Both the position numbers and the translations under genes were made by a program. The notes under the pieces were generated by a model that was not told the DNA's origin, made no database searches, and was given only the letters and a program-made list of their open reading frames with translations. From positions 96,001-160,000 of the forward strand of contig CAVRUC010000009.1 of NCBI GenBank assembly GCA_963724295.1: a stretch of DNA of 64,000 nucleotides. Reading direction: 5' to 3'. This stretch comes from an uncultured Chloroflexia bacterium. GTDB lineage: Bacteria; Chloroflexota; Chloroflexia; Thermomicrobiales; UBA6265. Below, one piece after another: positions 1 to 9,663 of this stretch. Position 1 is the stretch's first letter, and each line of letters starts with the position of its first letter.

Positions 1-875
1 TGAAGTCGCATGATCTCGGCGGTAGCTCAGGAGCGCTCATCGAGGTCGACGTCGCGCGTGCCGGGTGGGAGTTCACGGGGCTCACCGTGATGAAGCTCGA
101 CGCCGGCGAGCGGTGGTCTCGCGAGAGTGGTCTCGACGAGGTGGCGCTGGTTCCGCTGGGCGGGCGCTGCACCGTCGTATCCGGCGGTGAGGCCTGGACC
201 ATCGGCGAACGGGCAAATCCATTTGCCGGCCAGCCCTGGGCGGTCTATCTGCCCCGTGACAGCGCGTACGAGGTCACCGCCGAGACGCCGCTCGAGCTGG
301 CCGTCTGCGCCGCCCGCGCCGAGCGGCGGCTGGCGCCGAAGCTCATAAGGCCGCAGGACGTGAAGGTGGAGATTCGCGGCGCCGGCAACGCCGCGCGGCA
401 GATCAACCACATCATCGAGCCGTCGTTCGATGCCGACCGCCTGCTGGTGGTGGAGGTCTTCACGCCTAGCGGAAATTGGTCCTCCTATCCGCCCCACAAG
501 CACGACGTGCACGACATGCCCCGCGAGGCCGACCTGGAAGAGATCTACTACTACCGGATCGACCCTGCTGACGGATTCGGGTTACAGCGGCTCTACACCG
601 CGGACGGCCAGACCGACGCCGCCTACGTCATCCACGATGGCGATCTCTTGCTGGTCCCGGAGGGGTATCACGCCTTTGCCGTGGCTCAGGGCTACACCGG
701 GTACTACCTCAACGTCCTAGCCGGCGATGAGCCGGTGCGGACCATGCAACCGAGTGACGACCCCGCCTATGCCTGGGTGCGCCAGACCTGGAGCGACGAT
801 CTCAACGCTGGACTCACCTCCTGGCGCGATATCGCCGAGCGGGTCAACGGTCCGGCAGGGCGGTTGCCGGGCTAG
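1..875 (+). CDS. iolB: 5-deoxy-glucuronate isomerase (IolB/KduI family), 5'-partial
   Basis: Motifs EVFTPSGNWSSYPPHKHD, LEEIYYY, VPEGYH and YYLNVLAG. The frame is open from the window edge (KSHDLGG...AGWEFTGL) into the tracked ORF 87..875. Lies directly upstream of iolD. Confidence 0.93.
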   Translation, partial: KSHDLGGSSGALIEVDVARAGWEFTGLTVMKLDAGERWSRESGLDEVALVPLGGRCTVVSGGEAWTIGERANPFAGQPWAVYLPRDSAYEVTAETPLELAVCAARAERRLAPKLIRPQDVKVEIRGAGNAARQINHIIEPSFDADRLLVVEVFTPSGNWSSYPPHKHDVHDMPREADLEEIYYYRIDPADGFGLQRLYTADGQTDAAYVIHDGDLLLVPEGYHAFAVAQGYTGYYLNVLAGDEPVRTMQPSDDPAYAWVRQTWSDDLNAGLTSWRDIAERVNGPAGRLPG

Positions 876-902
876 TCTTCGGCGAATCAGAAAGGGGAAC
901 CG

Positions 903-2786
903 ATGGCGACGCGAATCGAGACGGCGCGCATGACGATGGCGCAGGCCGTCGTGAAATTCCTTTCCCAGCAATATGTGGAACGGGACGGCGTCGAGCAGCC
1001 GTTCTTCGCCGGGGTCTGGGGCATCTTCGGTCACGGTAACGTGGCGGGGATCGGTCAGGCGCTGGAAGAGCTGAAGCTCGAGATGGCCTACCACCGTCCT
1101 CAGAACGAGCAGGGGATGGTCCACGCCGCGGCCGCGTACGCCAAGATGAAGAACCGCTTGCAGACGTTCGCCTGCACCTCATCGATCGGCCCTGGCGCGA
1201 CGAATATGATCACCGGCGCGGCCATGGCGACGATCAATCGGCTGCCGGTGCTCCTCTTGCCGGGCGACATCTTCGCCTCTCGCCGTCCCGATCCGGTCTT
1301 GCAACAGCTCGAGTACCCGCTGAGCATGGATGTCAGCGTCAACGACGCCTTCGTTCCCGTCTCTCGCTACTGGGATCGCATCAATCGGCCGGAGCAGCTC
1401 CTGGCCAGTCTGCCGGAAGCGATGCGGGTTCTCACCGATCAGGCGGAAACCGGGGCTGTGACTGTCTGCCTGCCTCAGGACGTGCAGGCCGAAGGCTACG
1501 ATTATCCAGCGAACTTCTTTGCCAAGCGGGTTCACCATGTCTCGCGCCTCCTGCCACCGCCAGAAGAGATCCAGGTTGCGGCCGAGTTGATCAGCAACGC
1601 GACGAAGCCGCTGATCATTGCCGGCGGTGGCGTGCTCTACTCTGAGGCGACGGCGGCGCTGTCGGACTTCGCCGACGGCCTGGGCATCCCCGTCTGTGAA
1701 ACCCAGGCTGGGAAGGGCGCGCTGCCCTGGAACCATGCCTGGAACACCGGGGCAATCGGTCCAAATGGCAGCCTGGCTGCCAATCGCCTGGCGCTCGACG
1801 CGGACCTCGTGATCGCTGTCGGCACGCGCTTGGCCGACTTCACGACGGCCTCGCACACGCAATTCCAGAACCCCGACGTGTCATTCCTCAGCATCAATGT
1901 CTCGTCGCGGGACGCCCACAAGTTCGGGGCGCTGCCGCTGGTTGGCGACGCGCGGGCGACCCTCGACGCGCTGCGGGAGTCCCTCGCCGCCGGGAAGCAC
2001 CGCACCGGTGCCGGACACGGTGATCGGGTAGAGACGCTGAAGGCCGAGTGGGACGCCACGGTCGAAGGCATCCTCGCCATCGCGGACCCCTCGCATCTCA
2101 CCCAGGCGAACGTCATCGGGATGGTCAATGCCTCAAGCGGTCCTCGTGACGTCGTCGTCTGTGCCGCTGGCGGCCTGCCGGGCGATCTGCTGAAGCTCTG
2201 GCGTCCAGTCGATCCCAAGGCGTACCACCTGGAATATGGCTACTCCACGATGGGCTATGAGATCGCCGGCGGCCTCGGCGTGAAGATGGCCGATCCCTCA
2301 CGCGAGGTCTACGTGATGGTCGGCGACGGCTCCTACCTCATGCTCCACACCGAGATCGTCACCTCCCTGGAAGAAGGGATGAAGCTGACGATCGTCGTCG
2401 TCGACAACGGCGGCTACCAGATCATCCGCAAGCTGCAGATGTCGACGGGTTCGCCCTCATTCGGGAACGAGCTGCGCTACCGCAACCCGGAGACTGGGGA
2501 GCTCGACGGTCCGTACATCCCGATCGATTTCGCCGCCAACGCCGCCAGCCTGGGTGCGGTCGCCATGCGGGCCACGAACGAATCGGAGCTGCGCGAGGCG
2601 CTGGAGCGGGCCAAGAGCGAGACACGCACCGTGGTCATCCACGTCCCCGTGCAGAAGCACGCTTCCGTTCCCGGGTTCGATTCCTGGTGGGACGTACCTG
2701 TTGCGGAGGTGTCGGAGGTCGAGACCGTGCGCGAGGCACGCGAGGAGTACGTCGCGCGGGAGAAGAACGAGCGGTTCTTCTACTAA
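903..2786 (+). CDS. iolD: 3D-(3,5/4)-trihydroxycyclohexane-1,2-dione acylhydrolase (TPP-dependent)
   Basis: GIFGHGNVAGIGQAL, NEQGMVHAA, TSSIGPGATN, LEYGYSTMGYEIAG, TPP motif GDGS...DN, and C-terminal SWWDVPVAEVS. Confidence 0.96.
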   Translation: MATRIETARMTMAQAVVKFLSQQYVERDGVEQPFFAGVWGIFGHGNVAGIGQALEELKLEMAYHRPQNEQGMVHAAAAYAKMKNRLQTFACTSSIGPGATNMITGAAMATINRLPVLLLPGDIFASRRPDPVLQQLEYPLSMDVSVNDAFVPVSRYWDRINRPEQLLASLPEAMRVLTDQAETGAVTVCLPQDVQAEGYDYPANFFAKRVHHVSRLLPPPEEIQVAAELISNATKPLIIAGGGVLYSEATAALSDFADGLGIPVCETQAGKGALPWNHAWNTGAIGPNGSLAANRLALDADLVIAVGTRLADFTTASHTQFQNPDVSFLSINVSSRDAHKFGALPLVGDARATLDALRESLAAGKHRTGAGHGDRVETLKAEWDATVEGILAIADPSHLTQANVIGMVNASSGPRDVVVCAAGGLPGDLLKLWRPVDPKAYHLEYGYSTMGYEIAGGLGVKMADPSREVYVMVGDGSYLMLHTEIVTSLEEGMKLTIVVVDNGGYQIIRKLQMSTGSPSFGNELRYRNPETGELDGPYIPIDFAANAASLGAVAMRATNESELREALERAKSETRTVVIHVPVQKHASVPGFDSWWDVPVAEVSEVETVREAREEYVAREKNERFFY

Positions 2787-3688
2787 CCGGCGGCCGCACC
2801 GAGCATCGCGCCAGCCCGCTCGGCGTTGGCGCGAATCGCGATCCGGCCATCTTGCACGCGAACTTCGTAGGCCACGACTGGCGTCATCGCCGGGCCGTGG
2901 ATCAGCGCGCCATCGTCAAGACTGAAGACCGACCCGTGCCACGGACAGGTGACCGTGTCGCCCTCGAGCGCGCCCTCGTCTAGCGGACCGCCAAGATGGG
3001 GACACGTGGCGCCGATCGCCCGGATGCGGTCTCCTTGCCGCAGCAACATGACCGGCGTGCCGTCGACTTCGACCCGTCGCGGTTTGCCGTCGACAAGACC
3101 ACGCACAGCCGCGACATCGATCCACTTGGTCGGTGGCTTCTCGAACGCGGCGTGGTTGACGCCGATCCCGAGCTCGTAGGCAAGCTCGCCCCCAAGCCAG
3201 GCAGAAGCCAGGTTCACGCCGAGACCAAGCGTGGAAAGGGTGACCCCGGACCTCCGTCGCCCTTGCTGCCGCAACAGCCACGAGCCCGCCATGAGACTGG
3301 TGGCCGCCACGTTCAACAGGGCGTGGAGGGCGCCAAGACGGCGCGGTGCTTCCTCGTTCGTCGTGTCCTGCCACTGGGCGGCGCCGGTCACCGCGGCCCC
3401 AACCGCGCCCACGAGGCCAAGGCTCAGCGTCAGATCCGCCGCGCGCTCTTCGCGCATTAGGTCGAAGAGCATCGTCGCTGACCAGGATCCTACCGGCACG
3501 GTGATCACTGCCGCATGCAGTGAGTGGCCAAGCCAGGTGCCGTAGAGGAAGTCGCGCGGTCCCCGCGGCGCATCCTGACCAAGGACTGGCTCGAATGCCT
3601 GCTCCATTGTCGCGGCGATGCCGTCCAGCCACGGCAGCCCCTTCGACACCTTGTACCCGAGTCCAACCTTTTCCGTTCGTGCCGTCAT
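2783..3688 (-). CDS. DUF2231-like membrane domain + Rieske [2Fe-2S] protein
   Basis: N-terminal GTWLGHSLHAAV with hydrophobic helices; Rieske motifs CPHLG and CPWHG. ATG at 3688 follows a GAGGAG RBS. The stop overlaps the iolD stop. Confidence 0.85.
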   Translation of the reverse strand: MTARTEKVGLGYKVSKGLPWLDGIAATMEQAFEPVLGQDAPRGPRDFLYGTWLGHSLHAAVITVPVGSWSATMLFDLMREERAADLTLSLGLVGAVGAAVTGAAQWQDTTNEEAPRRLGALHALLNVAATSLMAGSWLLRQQGRRRSGVTLSTLGLGVNLASAWLGGELAYELGIGVNHAAFEKPPTKWIDVAAVRGLVDGKPRRVEVDGTPVMLLRQGDRIRAIGATCPHLGGPLDEGALEGDTVTCPWHGSVFSLDDGALIHGPAMTPVVAYEVRVQDGRIAIRANAERAGAMLGAAAG

Positions 3689-3783
3689 CGCCCGCTCCTC
3701 AACGTGGACGCAATGGCCTGATTCTATGATGTGCCGAGCGCACGCGCACAAGTCGTACCCGAACGAGGAACCGCTGGCTCTCC

Positions 3784-4938
3784 CTACCGAGGCCCATGCA
3801 CCCGTATGGCGTGGTCGCGGGTGTCGGCGGCGACGAAGGCGAGGAGGCGCGCTCCTTCGTCGGTGACAGCCGCGCGATCGGCCCTCGTCCATGACCCACC
3901 TGCTTCGATCACCAGCGTGGCTTTCCCTCGCTCGCGCGTAATTCGCCACATGCCGCCGAGAAAGCCATCGACGAGGATGCTGCCCAGCTCCCCGCCACGT
4001 CCGGCGGGCATCGGCAGACCGTGATTGTCGGGAATGATGCGATCGCGGTCGTCGTGTGAGAGCAGGATGTTGTCGTACTCCGGTAGGAAGCGGGGTGGCG
4101 CCGGCGTTTCCGGATCCGAGCGTGGCGCGTCAGGGAGATCGAAGAGCTCGCGGCCGCATTCGTCACGAAAGGTGACGAGTCGCGGCCGCAGCCGTTCGAT
4201 GACCGCGCGCAGCCCCGGCAACCGTGACCAGACCCGGATATCCGCGACGGTAGCCGGACCGAAGGCGGCTAGGTAACGCAGGACCAAATCGTCAGCTGAC
4301 GGATTGGAATCAAGGGGGCGACCAAGCCATGACTCGACCGTGGTTAGCCTGGCCTGCCCGCTCTTGCCCCACAAGCCGCGGGGAGGCACCTGGACGACCG
4401 GAACCAGATAACTAATGGCCCAGGCGAGTGAAGCGGCGTCCCGATCGGGCCATTGCTCCTTGAGGCATGCGCCCAATTCGGCTCGCGTGAGTGGCTGTTC
4501 CTCCAGCAAGCTTCGACCCGCCGCGATCAACAGCGCGGTCTTGATCCCTGCAACATTCCGGCCCCAGGCAGTGTTGGCGAGCGTCTGCACCATGAGGGGT
4601 CGCATGAGCGGACGCAGCTTCAAGCAGTCGTCCGCGGAAACGAGGTGGATCGTCGTCCGCATCACCGTTGTGCGCACTGCCCGTCGCTCGGCGATCAAGC
4701 AGGACAACTGCTCCGGCTGGAACCCGTCGAGCCGCGACCACAGGGCGATGTACGGATTGCCTGGTATTTGCGCCTGCATACCGACGAGATGCTCGATCGT
4801 CTCGGCTGCCGACCGCTGCTCGCGGCGCAACAGGAGTTGTCTTGCCAACAACGCGCGATTGAGCGCGCGTTGACATAGCACGCCGTCCGAAGCTGGTTTG
4901 CCTGGCGCGAGCGATGGCGTCTCGGGCGATCGCGTCAT
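3784..4938 (-). CDS. AlkZ-like (HTH_42 winged-helix) DNA glycosylase family protein
   Basis: LNRALLARQLLL, QxQ motif (GMQAQ), ALWSRL, MRTTIHLV, RYLAAFGPATVAD, FLPEYDNILLSH and LVDGFLGGMW. Confidence 0.85.
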   Translation of the reverse strand: MTRSPETPSLAPGKPASDGVLCQRALNRALLARQLLLRREQRSAAETIEHLVGMQAQIPGNPYIALWSRLDGFQPEQLSCLIAERRAVRTTVMRTTIHLVSADDCLKLRPLMRPLMVQTLANTAWGRNVAGIKTALLIAAGRSLLEEQPLTRAELGACLKEQWPDRDAASLAWAISYLVPVVQVPPRGLWGKSGQARLTTVESWLGRPLDSNPSADDLVLRYLAAFGPATVADIRVWSRLPGLRAVIERLRPRLVTFRDECGRELFDLPDAPRSDPETPAPPRFLPEYDNILLSHDDRDRIIPDNHGLPMPAGRGGELGSILVDGFLGGMWRITRERGKATLVIEAGGSWTRADRAAVTDEGARLLAFVAADTRDHAIRVHGPR

Positions 4939-5070
4939 TCGGACCCTTTCCAGCGATCACCATACGTCAGCCGCCAACTCGCGTCGACACTGGCGGATAG
5001 AAAGACTTGAGCGTCGTGGACTACGTCCACGGCATGGTCATCGCGGATAGGTCTCGTGTTCACGCGCGAG

Positions 5071-5102
5071 TCCTCGCTGGAGCACTAGTGCTCCAGCGAG
5101 GA
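5071..5102. terminator. Perfect 32-bp palindrome, possible hairpin/terminator downstream of epoxide hydrolase 1
   Basis: TCCTCGCTGGAGCACT-AGTGCTCCAGCGAGGA; no U-tract, so terminator function is uncertain. Confidence 0.5.
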
Positions 5103-5133
5103 TCCCCACGCGTCGGGTGCTCGACTTTGCGAA

Positions 5134-6315
5134 TTAGCGGAGGTTGCGGAAAAACGCGCGGATGTCGCCGACGAGCAAGTCGGGTTCTTCCATCGCCGCG
5201 AAGTGGCCGCCTCGCTCGAACTCTGACCAATGGCCGATCCCGTGCTCCGGGTCGAGCAGGCGGCGCAGGATCGGGTCGCTGTTGAAGACGGCCATCCCCT
5301 GCGGAACGTCTGATGGCGGCACCCATCCCTCTTCGGAGTGGTACGAGTCATACAGGAAGTTTGCCGCGGTCGCCCCGGTGCCGGTGAACCAGTAGATGCT
5401 GACGTTGGTGAGGAGCTGATCGCGGTCGACGGCATCTTCAGGCAGATTGGCGGCCGGATTCGTCCACTCCTTGAATTTTTCCACGATCCAGGCGAGCTGA
5501 CCAACCGGCGAGTCATGCAACGAGTACGCAATTGTTTGCGGCCGGGTCGATTGGATGTGTAGGTAGCCCTTGGCATCGGGCTGGAATTGCTGTTGTAGGA
5601 GCGTCACGTGGTTCTGCTCGGCGGCGGAGAGACCGGACGTGTCGATCGGAATCTCATCGCCGAGGAGGATGAATGCTGTCGGGTCTGTGTTCGCGTGGGC
5701 GCCAACGACGTGGTCCGGTTGGGTGCTGGCGAGCATTCCCGTAATACCAGCCCCGATGTCACCACCTTGAGCGCCGTAGCGCTCATACCCGAGAAAACGC
5801 ATCAGCTCGGCGATGGCTTTGGTGATGCGTGGTATGGCCCAGCCCGTTTCGCGCACGGGAATGGAAAACCCGAATCCGGGGATCGACGGCGCCACGATGT
5901 GGAAGGCGTCGGCCGGGTCGCCCCCGTAGGCTCGGGGGTCCGTCAATGGCCCGATGATCTCGATGAACTCCGCGATGGAACCGGGATAGCCGTGGCTGAT
6001 GATCAGTGGCAGCGCTTCGGGCTCCGGTGAGCGAACGTGGAGAAAATGGATGGTTTGACCGTCGATCTCGGTCGTGAACTGGGGGAAGGCGTTCAGTCGT
6101 GTCTCTTGCTTCCTCCAGTCGAACCCGGTGCGCCAATACTCTGCAAGACCTCTCAGATAGTCGAGCGGCACGCCGCGGCTCCAGCCAGTCTCTGGTAGCT
6201 GATCGGGCCATCGGGTCTGCACCAGACGGCGGTGCAAATCGTCGAGATCATCCTCGGAAATCTCAAGGTGAAAAGGGCGAACTTCGCTCTCTGTAATACG
6301 TTGGTCGACTGCCAT
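5134..6315 (-). CDS. Epoxide hydrolase (EHN + alpha/beta hydrolase, microsomal type), copy 1
   Basis: RPFHLEI..DLHRRL..TRWP, FDWRKQE, HGYPGS, nucleophile GGDIG and catalytic His in [11 protein letters not shown] at 6315 with a GAGGAG RBS. Confidence 0.92.
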   Translation of the reverse strand: MAVDQRITESEVRPFHLEISEDDLDDLHRRLVQTRWPDQLPETGWSRGVPLDYLRGLAEYWRTGFDWRKQETRLNAFPQFTTEIDGQTIHFLHVRSPEPEALPLIISHGYPGSIAEFIEIIGPLTDPRAYGGDPADAFHIVAPSIPGFGFSIPVRETGWAIPRITKAIAELMRFLGYERYGAQGGDIGAGITGMLASTQPDHVVGAHANTDPTAFILLGDEIPIDTSGLSAAEQNHVTLLQQQFQPDAKGYLHIQSTRPQTIAYSLHDSPVGQLAWIVEKFKEWTNPAANLPEDAVDRDQLLTNVSIYWFTGTGATAANFLYDSYHSEEGWVPPSDVPQGMAVFNSDPILRRLLDPEHGIGHWSEFERGGHFAAMEEPDLLVGDIRAFFRNLR

Positions 6316-6455
6316 TGCATTGCTCCTCGTGAAAGGTTCCCATGACGCCCATAGTACTGCGCCTTGCGGGCAGTTCCTGTCCTGATTCAGGGGTACACGG
6401 AAAGCGATCGCCCGGGGAGGCACCGGGATTACCTCTGGCTCCGCGTTGCGGCTAT

Positions 6456-7808
6456 TCAACGGAGAGCGCGGAAAAACGCTCGCACGTCGTCGATGACGAA
6501 CTCTGGATTCTCCATCGCCGCGAAGTGGCCGCCTTTGTCGAATTCCGTCCAGCGCACGACGTTGTGGTCGCGCTCGGCAAGACGCCGGATGGCAACATCC
6601 TGGGTCGTAGAGACAGCTACGCCGGTAGGCACGGTGCCGCGCTCACGGGGAGCGAACAGGCTGGGGTCGTGGTACGTCTCGTAATACAGATTGGCGGACG
6701 ACCCAGCGGTGTTGGTGAACCAATAGAGGCTGACGTTGGTGAGCAGATGATCGCGGTCGACCGCATCCTCCGGCAACGCGGCGCTCGGGTCGGTCCATTC
6801 CTTGAACTTCTCTACGATCCAGGCGAGCTGGCCGGTCGGGGAATCGGCCAGCCCAAAGGCGAGTGTCTGGGGCCGGGTGCCCTGGATCGACATGTAGCCG
6901 CTCATGTCTTGCTCGAAATTTTGGAATCGCGCCAGTCGCTCCTGCTCCGCCGCGGTTAGTCCATCCAGCTCGGCAGGATCGCCCGAGGGAAAGGTCACCA
7001 TCGCGTTGACGTGCACACCGATGATTCGCTCCGGTTCGAGCTGGCCCATGAGCGGCGCTTCGAACGCGCCGACGTCGCCACCCTGAACGCCATAGCGATC
7101 GTAACCGAGTCGGGCCATGAGCTCGGTGAACGCCTTGGCAATGCGGCCGTGGGTCCATCCCGCCTCACTGAGCGGGGTCGAAAACCCGAAACCGGGAATC
7201 GATGGAATGACGACATGAAAGGCATCGGCGGGATCGCCGCCGTGAGCCGCCGGGTCGGTCAGCGGTCCGATCAGCTCGATGAATTCGACGAACGAGCCAG
7301 GCCAGCCATGGATGAGCAGCAACGGGGTGGCGTCCGGCTCGGGAGACTGCACGTGCAGGAAGTGTATTGACTGACCATCGATAGTGGTCATGAACTGCGG
7401 GAAGGTGTCGAGCCGCGCCTCATGCGCACGCCAGTCGTACTCGGTGCGCCAGTACTCCACCAATCCCTTCAGGTAGTCGACAGGCACGCCGCGATTCCAG
7501 CCTAGGTCGGCCAGCTCGCTTGGCCAGCGGGTGCGGGCCAGCCGGTCGTTGAGATCATCTATGACGCTCTGTGGGATATGGATGCGGAACGGCCGGATCT
7601 CCGCGCTGATCTGTGCCGGCGTCTGCGCCGCGTTACTCGTATCTGAATCGACCATGGTGTCCTCCTTGCGCGGGGCAGATAAGACCCCAGTTCCGATTGG
7701 CCTCACGGCGATGCTCAAGGCCGCGCCACCAGTCGCCACTACACGCCGGCGAATCACGCGCCTGCCAAGCAGTCTTGTGACCGACCGCCAAGCGTGATCG
7801 TGCTGCAC
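6456..7808 (-). CDS. Epoxide hydrolase, copy 2 (alternative start at 7655)
   Basis: HGWPGS, GGDVG and GGHFAAME; close paralogue of the downstream gene. Both GTG 7808 (GGGAGG) and ATG 7655 (AAGGAGG) have an RBS. Confidence 0.92.
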   Translation of the reverse strand: MQHDHAWRSVTRLLGRRVIRRRVVATGGAALSIAVRPIGTGVLSAPRKEDTMVDSDTSNAAQTPAQISAEIRPFRIHIPQSVIDDLNDRLARTRWPSELADLGWNRGVPVDYLKGLVEYWRTEYDWRAHEARLDTFPQFMTTIDGQSIHFLHVQSPEPDATPLLLIHGWPGSFVEFIELIGPLTDPAAHGGDPADAFHVVIPSIPGFGFSTPLSEAGWTHGRIAKAFTELMARLGYDRYGVQGGDVGAFEAPLMGQLEPERIIGVHVNAMVTFPSGDPAELDGLTAAEQERLARFQNFEQDMSGYMSIQGTRPQTLAFGLADSPTGQLAWIVEKFKEWTDPSAALPEDAVDRDHLLTNVSLYWFTNTAGSSANLYYETYHDPSLFAPRERGTVPTGVAVSTTQDVAIRRLAERDHNVVRWTEFDKGGHFAAMENPEFVIDDVRAFFRALR

Positions 7809-7853
7809 TTCGTCCTCCCTTCGCGACGTGCGGTCGTTCCGTCCTGCAATTAC

Positions 7854-7910
7854 GGAACGAATCGATCCGTTCCATTATATCAGAACGGAACACTTCGTTC
7901 CATGTATACT
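7854..7910. promoter_or_regulatory. Two tandem operators RGAACG-N8-CGTTCC interleaved with divergent -10 boxes
   Basis: GGAACG-AATCGATC-CGTTCC (7854-7873) and AGAACG-GAACACTT-CGTTCC (7882-7901). TATAAT on the minus strand at 7874-7879; TATACT on the plus strand at 7905-7910. Confidence 0.7.
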
Positions 7911-7917
7911 GTGGAGC

Positions 7918-8556
7918 ATGGATGCAGATACGACTGTGCGATTACCCGGCCGGCGGTCCGAGGCGGCGCGGAACGATCGCCGAATTCTGGAAGCCGCACG
8001 AGAGGTCTTCACCGCCGACCCAAACGCACCGATCTCCGCCGTCGCGGAGCGTGCCGGAGTCGGCATCAGCGCGCTCTACCGACGCTACCGGAGCAAGGAA
8101 GAACTCCTACAGCAGCTCAGCCTGGATGGTCTCCGACGGTACATCGCCGAGGTAGAGGCCGCGTTGGCCGACGATGGCGATCCCTGGGAATCGTTCGCGG
8201 CCTTCATGCGTCGCGCCGTCGAGGCGGATTCGAACTCCGTTACGCTGCACCTGGCCGGCACGTTCACGCCCATCGAGGCCCACTGGCATGACGGTGAAAA
8301 GGCTTCCCAGCTCAACACGCGCCTCCTGGACCGCGCCAAGGAGGCAGGCGTCCTGCGCCAGGAGATTACCGTCGGCGATCTGTCGCTGATGTTCGAGCAG
8401 TTGGCAGCCGTCAAGGTCGACGATCCGCAACGCACCAAGCAGCTCCGGCAGCGGTACCTGGCGCTCCTGCTTGACGCCTTGCGCGATACCGCTGCCGCAC
8501 CTCTACCAGGACCGCCGCCCAGTTGGGAGGAGATCAGGCGGCGCTGGGAGAGCTAG
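7918..8556 (+). CDS. TetR/AcrR family transcriptional regulator
   Basis: HTH RILEAAREVF...ISAVAERAGVGISALYRRYRSKEEL; divergent from the epoxide hydrolases; probably leaderless. Confidence 0.92.
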   Translation: MDADTTVRLPGRRSEAARNDRRILEAAREVFTADPNAPISAVAERAGVGISALYRRYRSKEELLQQLSLDGLRRYIAEVEAALADDGDPWESFAAFMRRAVEADSNSVTLHLAGTFTPIEAHWHDGEKASQLNTRLLDRAKEAGVLRQEITVGDLSLMFEQLAAVKVDDPQRTKQLRQRYLALLLDALRDTAAAPLPGPPPSWEEIRRRWES

Positions 8557-8627
8557 CCAGCGAGGTCTCGGGCACCGCGCGGCGTCCGGCCGTTTCCACT
8601 CTCCGCATCGCGCCCTGAAGTCAATGC

Positions 8628-9609
8628 CTACTCTGCCGGGCGCGTCTGATAGCCCGCCAGGAAGGTCAGGATCAGCTTCGTCGCCAGCCTCGCCGTGATG
8701 TCGTGGAGATCGCGCGATGGATCGACCTCGACCAGGTCGAATCCCTTGACCCGCGGGTCGGACCCGAGTCGAAACAGCGCGTCGTAGGCCTGCCAGGGGG
8801 TGATGCCGCCGGGGAGGGAGGCGCCGGTACCGGGCGCATAGGCCTGATCGAAGCAGTCGACGTCGAACGTAACGTAGATCGCATCGACGTCACGCCCGGC
8901 GATGGCGATCGCCTCCTCGATGAGCGGCGCCATTCCTTGGACTGCCACGTCACGCGCGGTGAAGATCGTTACCCCCTGGTCCCGCCCCCAGCGCGCATGC
9001 CACTCGGCCTGAACGAACCCGGAAATGCCGATCTGAACCAGGTTCCGCGGATCGACGATGCCCTCTTCGAGGATCGTGCGAATCGGCGTTCCATTGTGCG
9101 GGTCCATGCTCCGCGGTCTGGAAGTCCATGTGAGCATCGAACTGAATCAGCCCAATCCGCTCGTACCCCCGGCTCGCCTTGAATGCCCGCAGCAGCGGAT
9201 GGGCAAGCGAGTGCTCGCCGCCGATCGTGATCGGGAAGAACTCGCGGTTCCGCGTCAACAGGGCGGTCGCGGCCGTCTCGATGGCGCGATGCGCCTCCGG
9301 CACGTCGAGCAGGGAAATCTCGACGTCGCCGAGGTCGCGCACGCGCAGATCGACCAGGTCCACGTCGTAGTCGATGCTGTAGGTCGTGAAGAACGGCCAG
9401 ACCATTCGCAGCGCGTTGGGTCCCAGGTGGGCCGCTACGTGTTTGATCGCCCCGCGGGCGATCGGTACCATGAGCAAGCCGACGTCGAATGGCTCCTCGC
9501 CATCCCAGGGCACGATCCAGTTCGCCACCCGCGTCTCGTGGGCATCCTGCCACGGTGATCGCCGCACCAGCTCCGGTGGCCGCAGATAAGGAAGCCCCGT
9601 CACCGTCAC
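8628..9609 (-). CDS. Ureohydrolase (arginase/agmatinase/formimidoylglutamase family), +1 frameshift near 9120
   Basis: GGEHS, DAHMD, HNGTP, TFDVDCFD..YAPGT and DLVEVDP. Removing one base after GAC TTC joins ORFs 8950..9609 and 8628..9137. Confidence 0.85.
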
Positions 9610-9663
9610 GTGTGCTGTCTCCTTGCCCCGTGCTTTTCGCCGCGGCGATATGAGCCAGACGCC

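Noticed and set aside
9100..9137. Programmed ribosomal frameshift in the ureohydrolase
   Set aside because: No slippery heptamer, and the same +1 pattern recurs in unrelated genes, so sequencing error is more likely.
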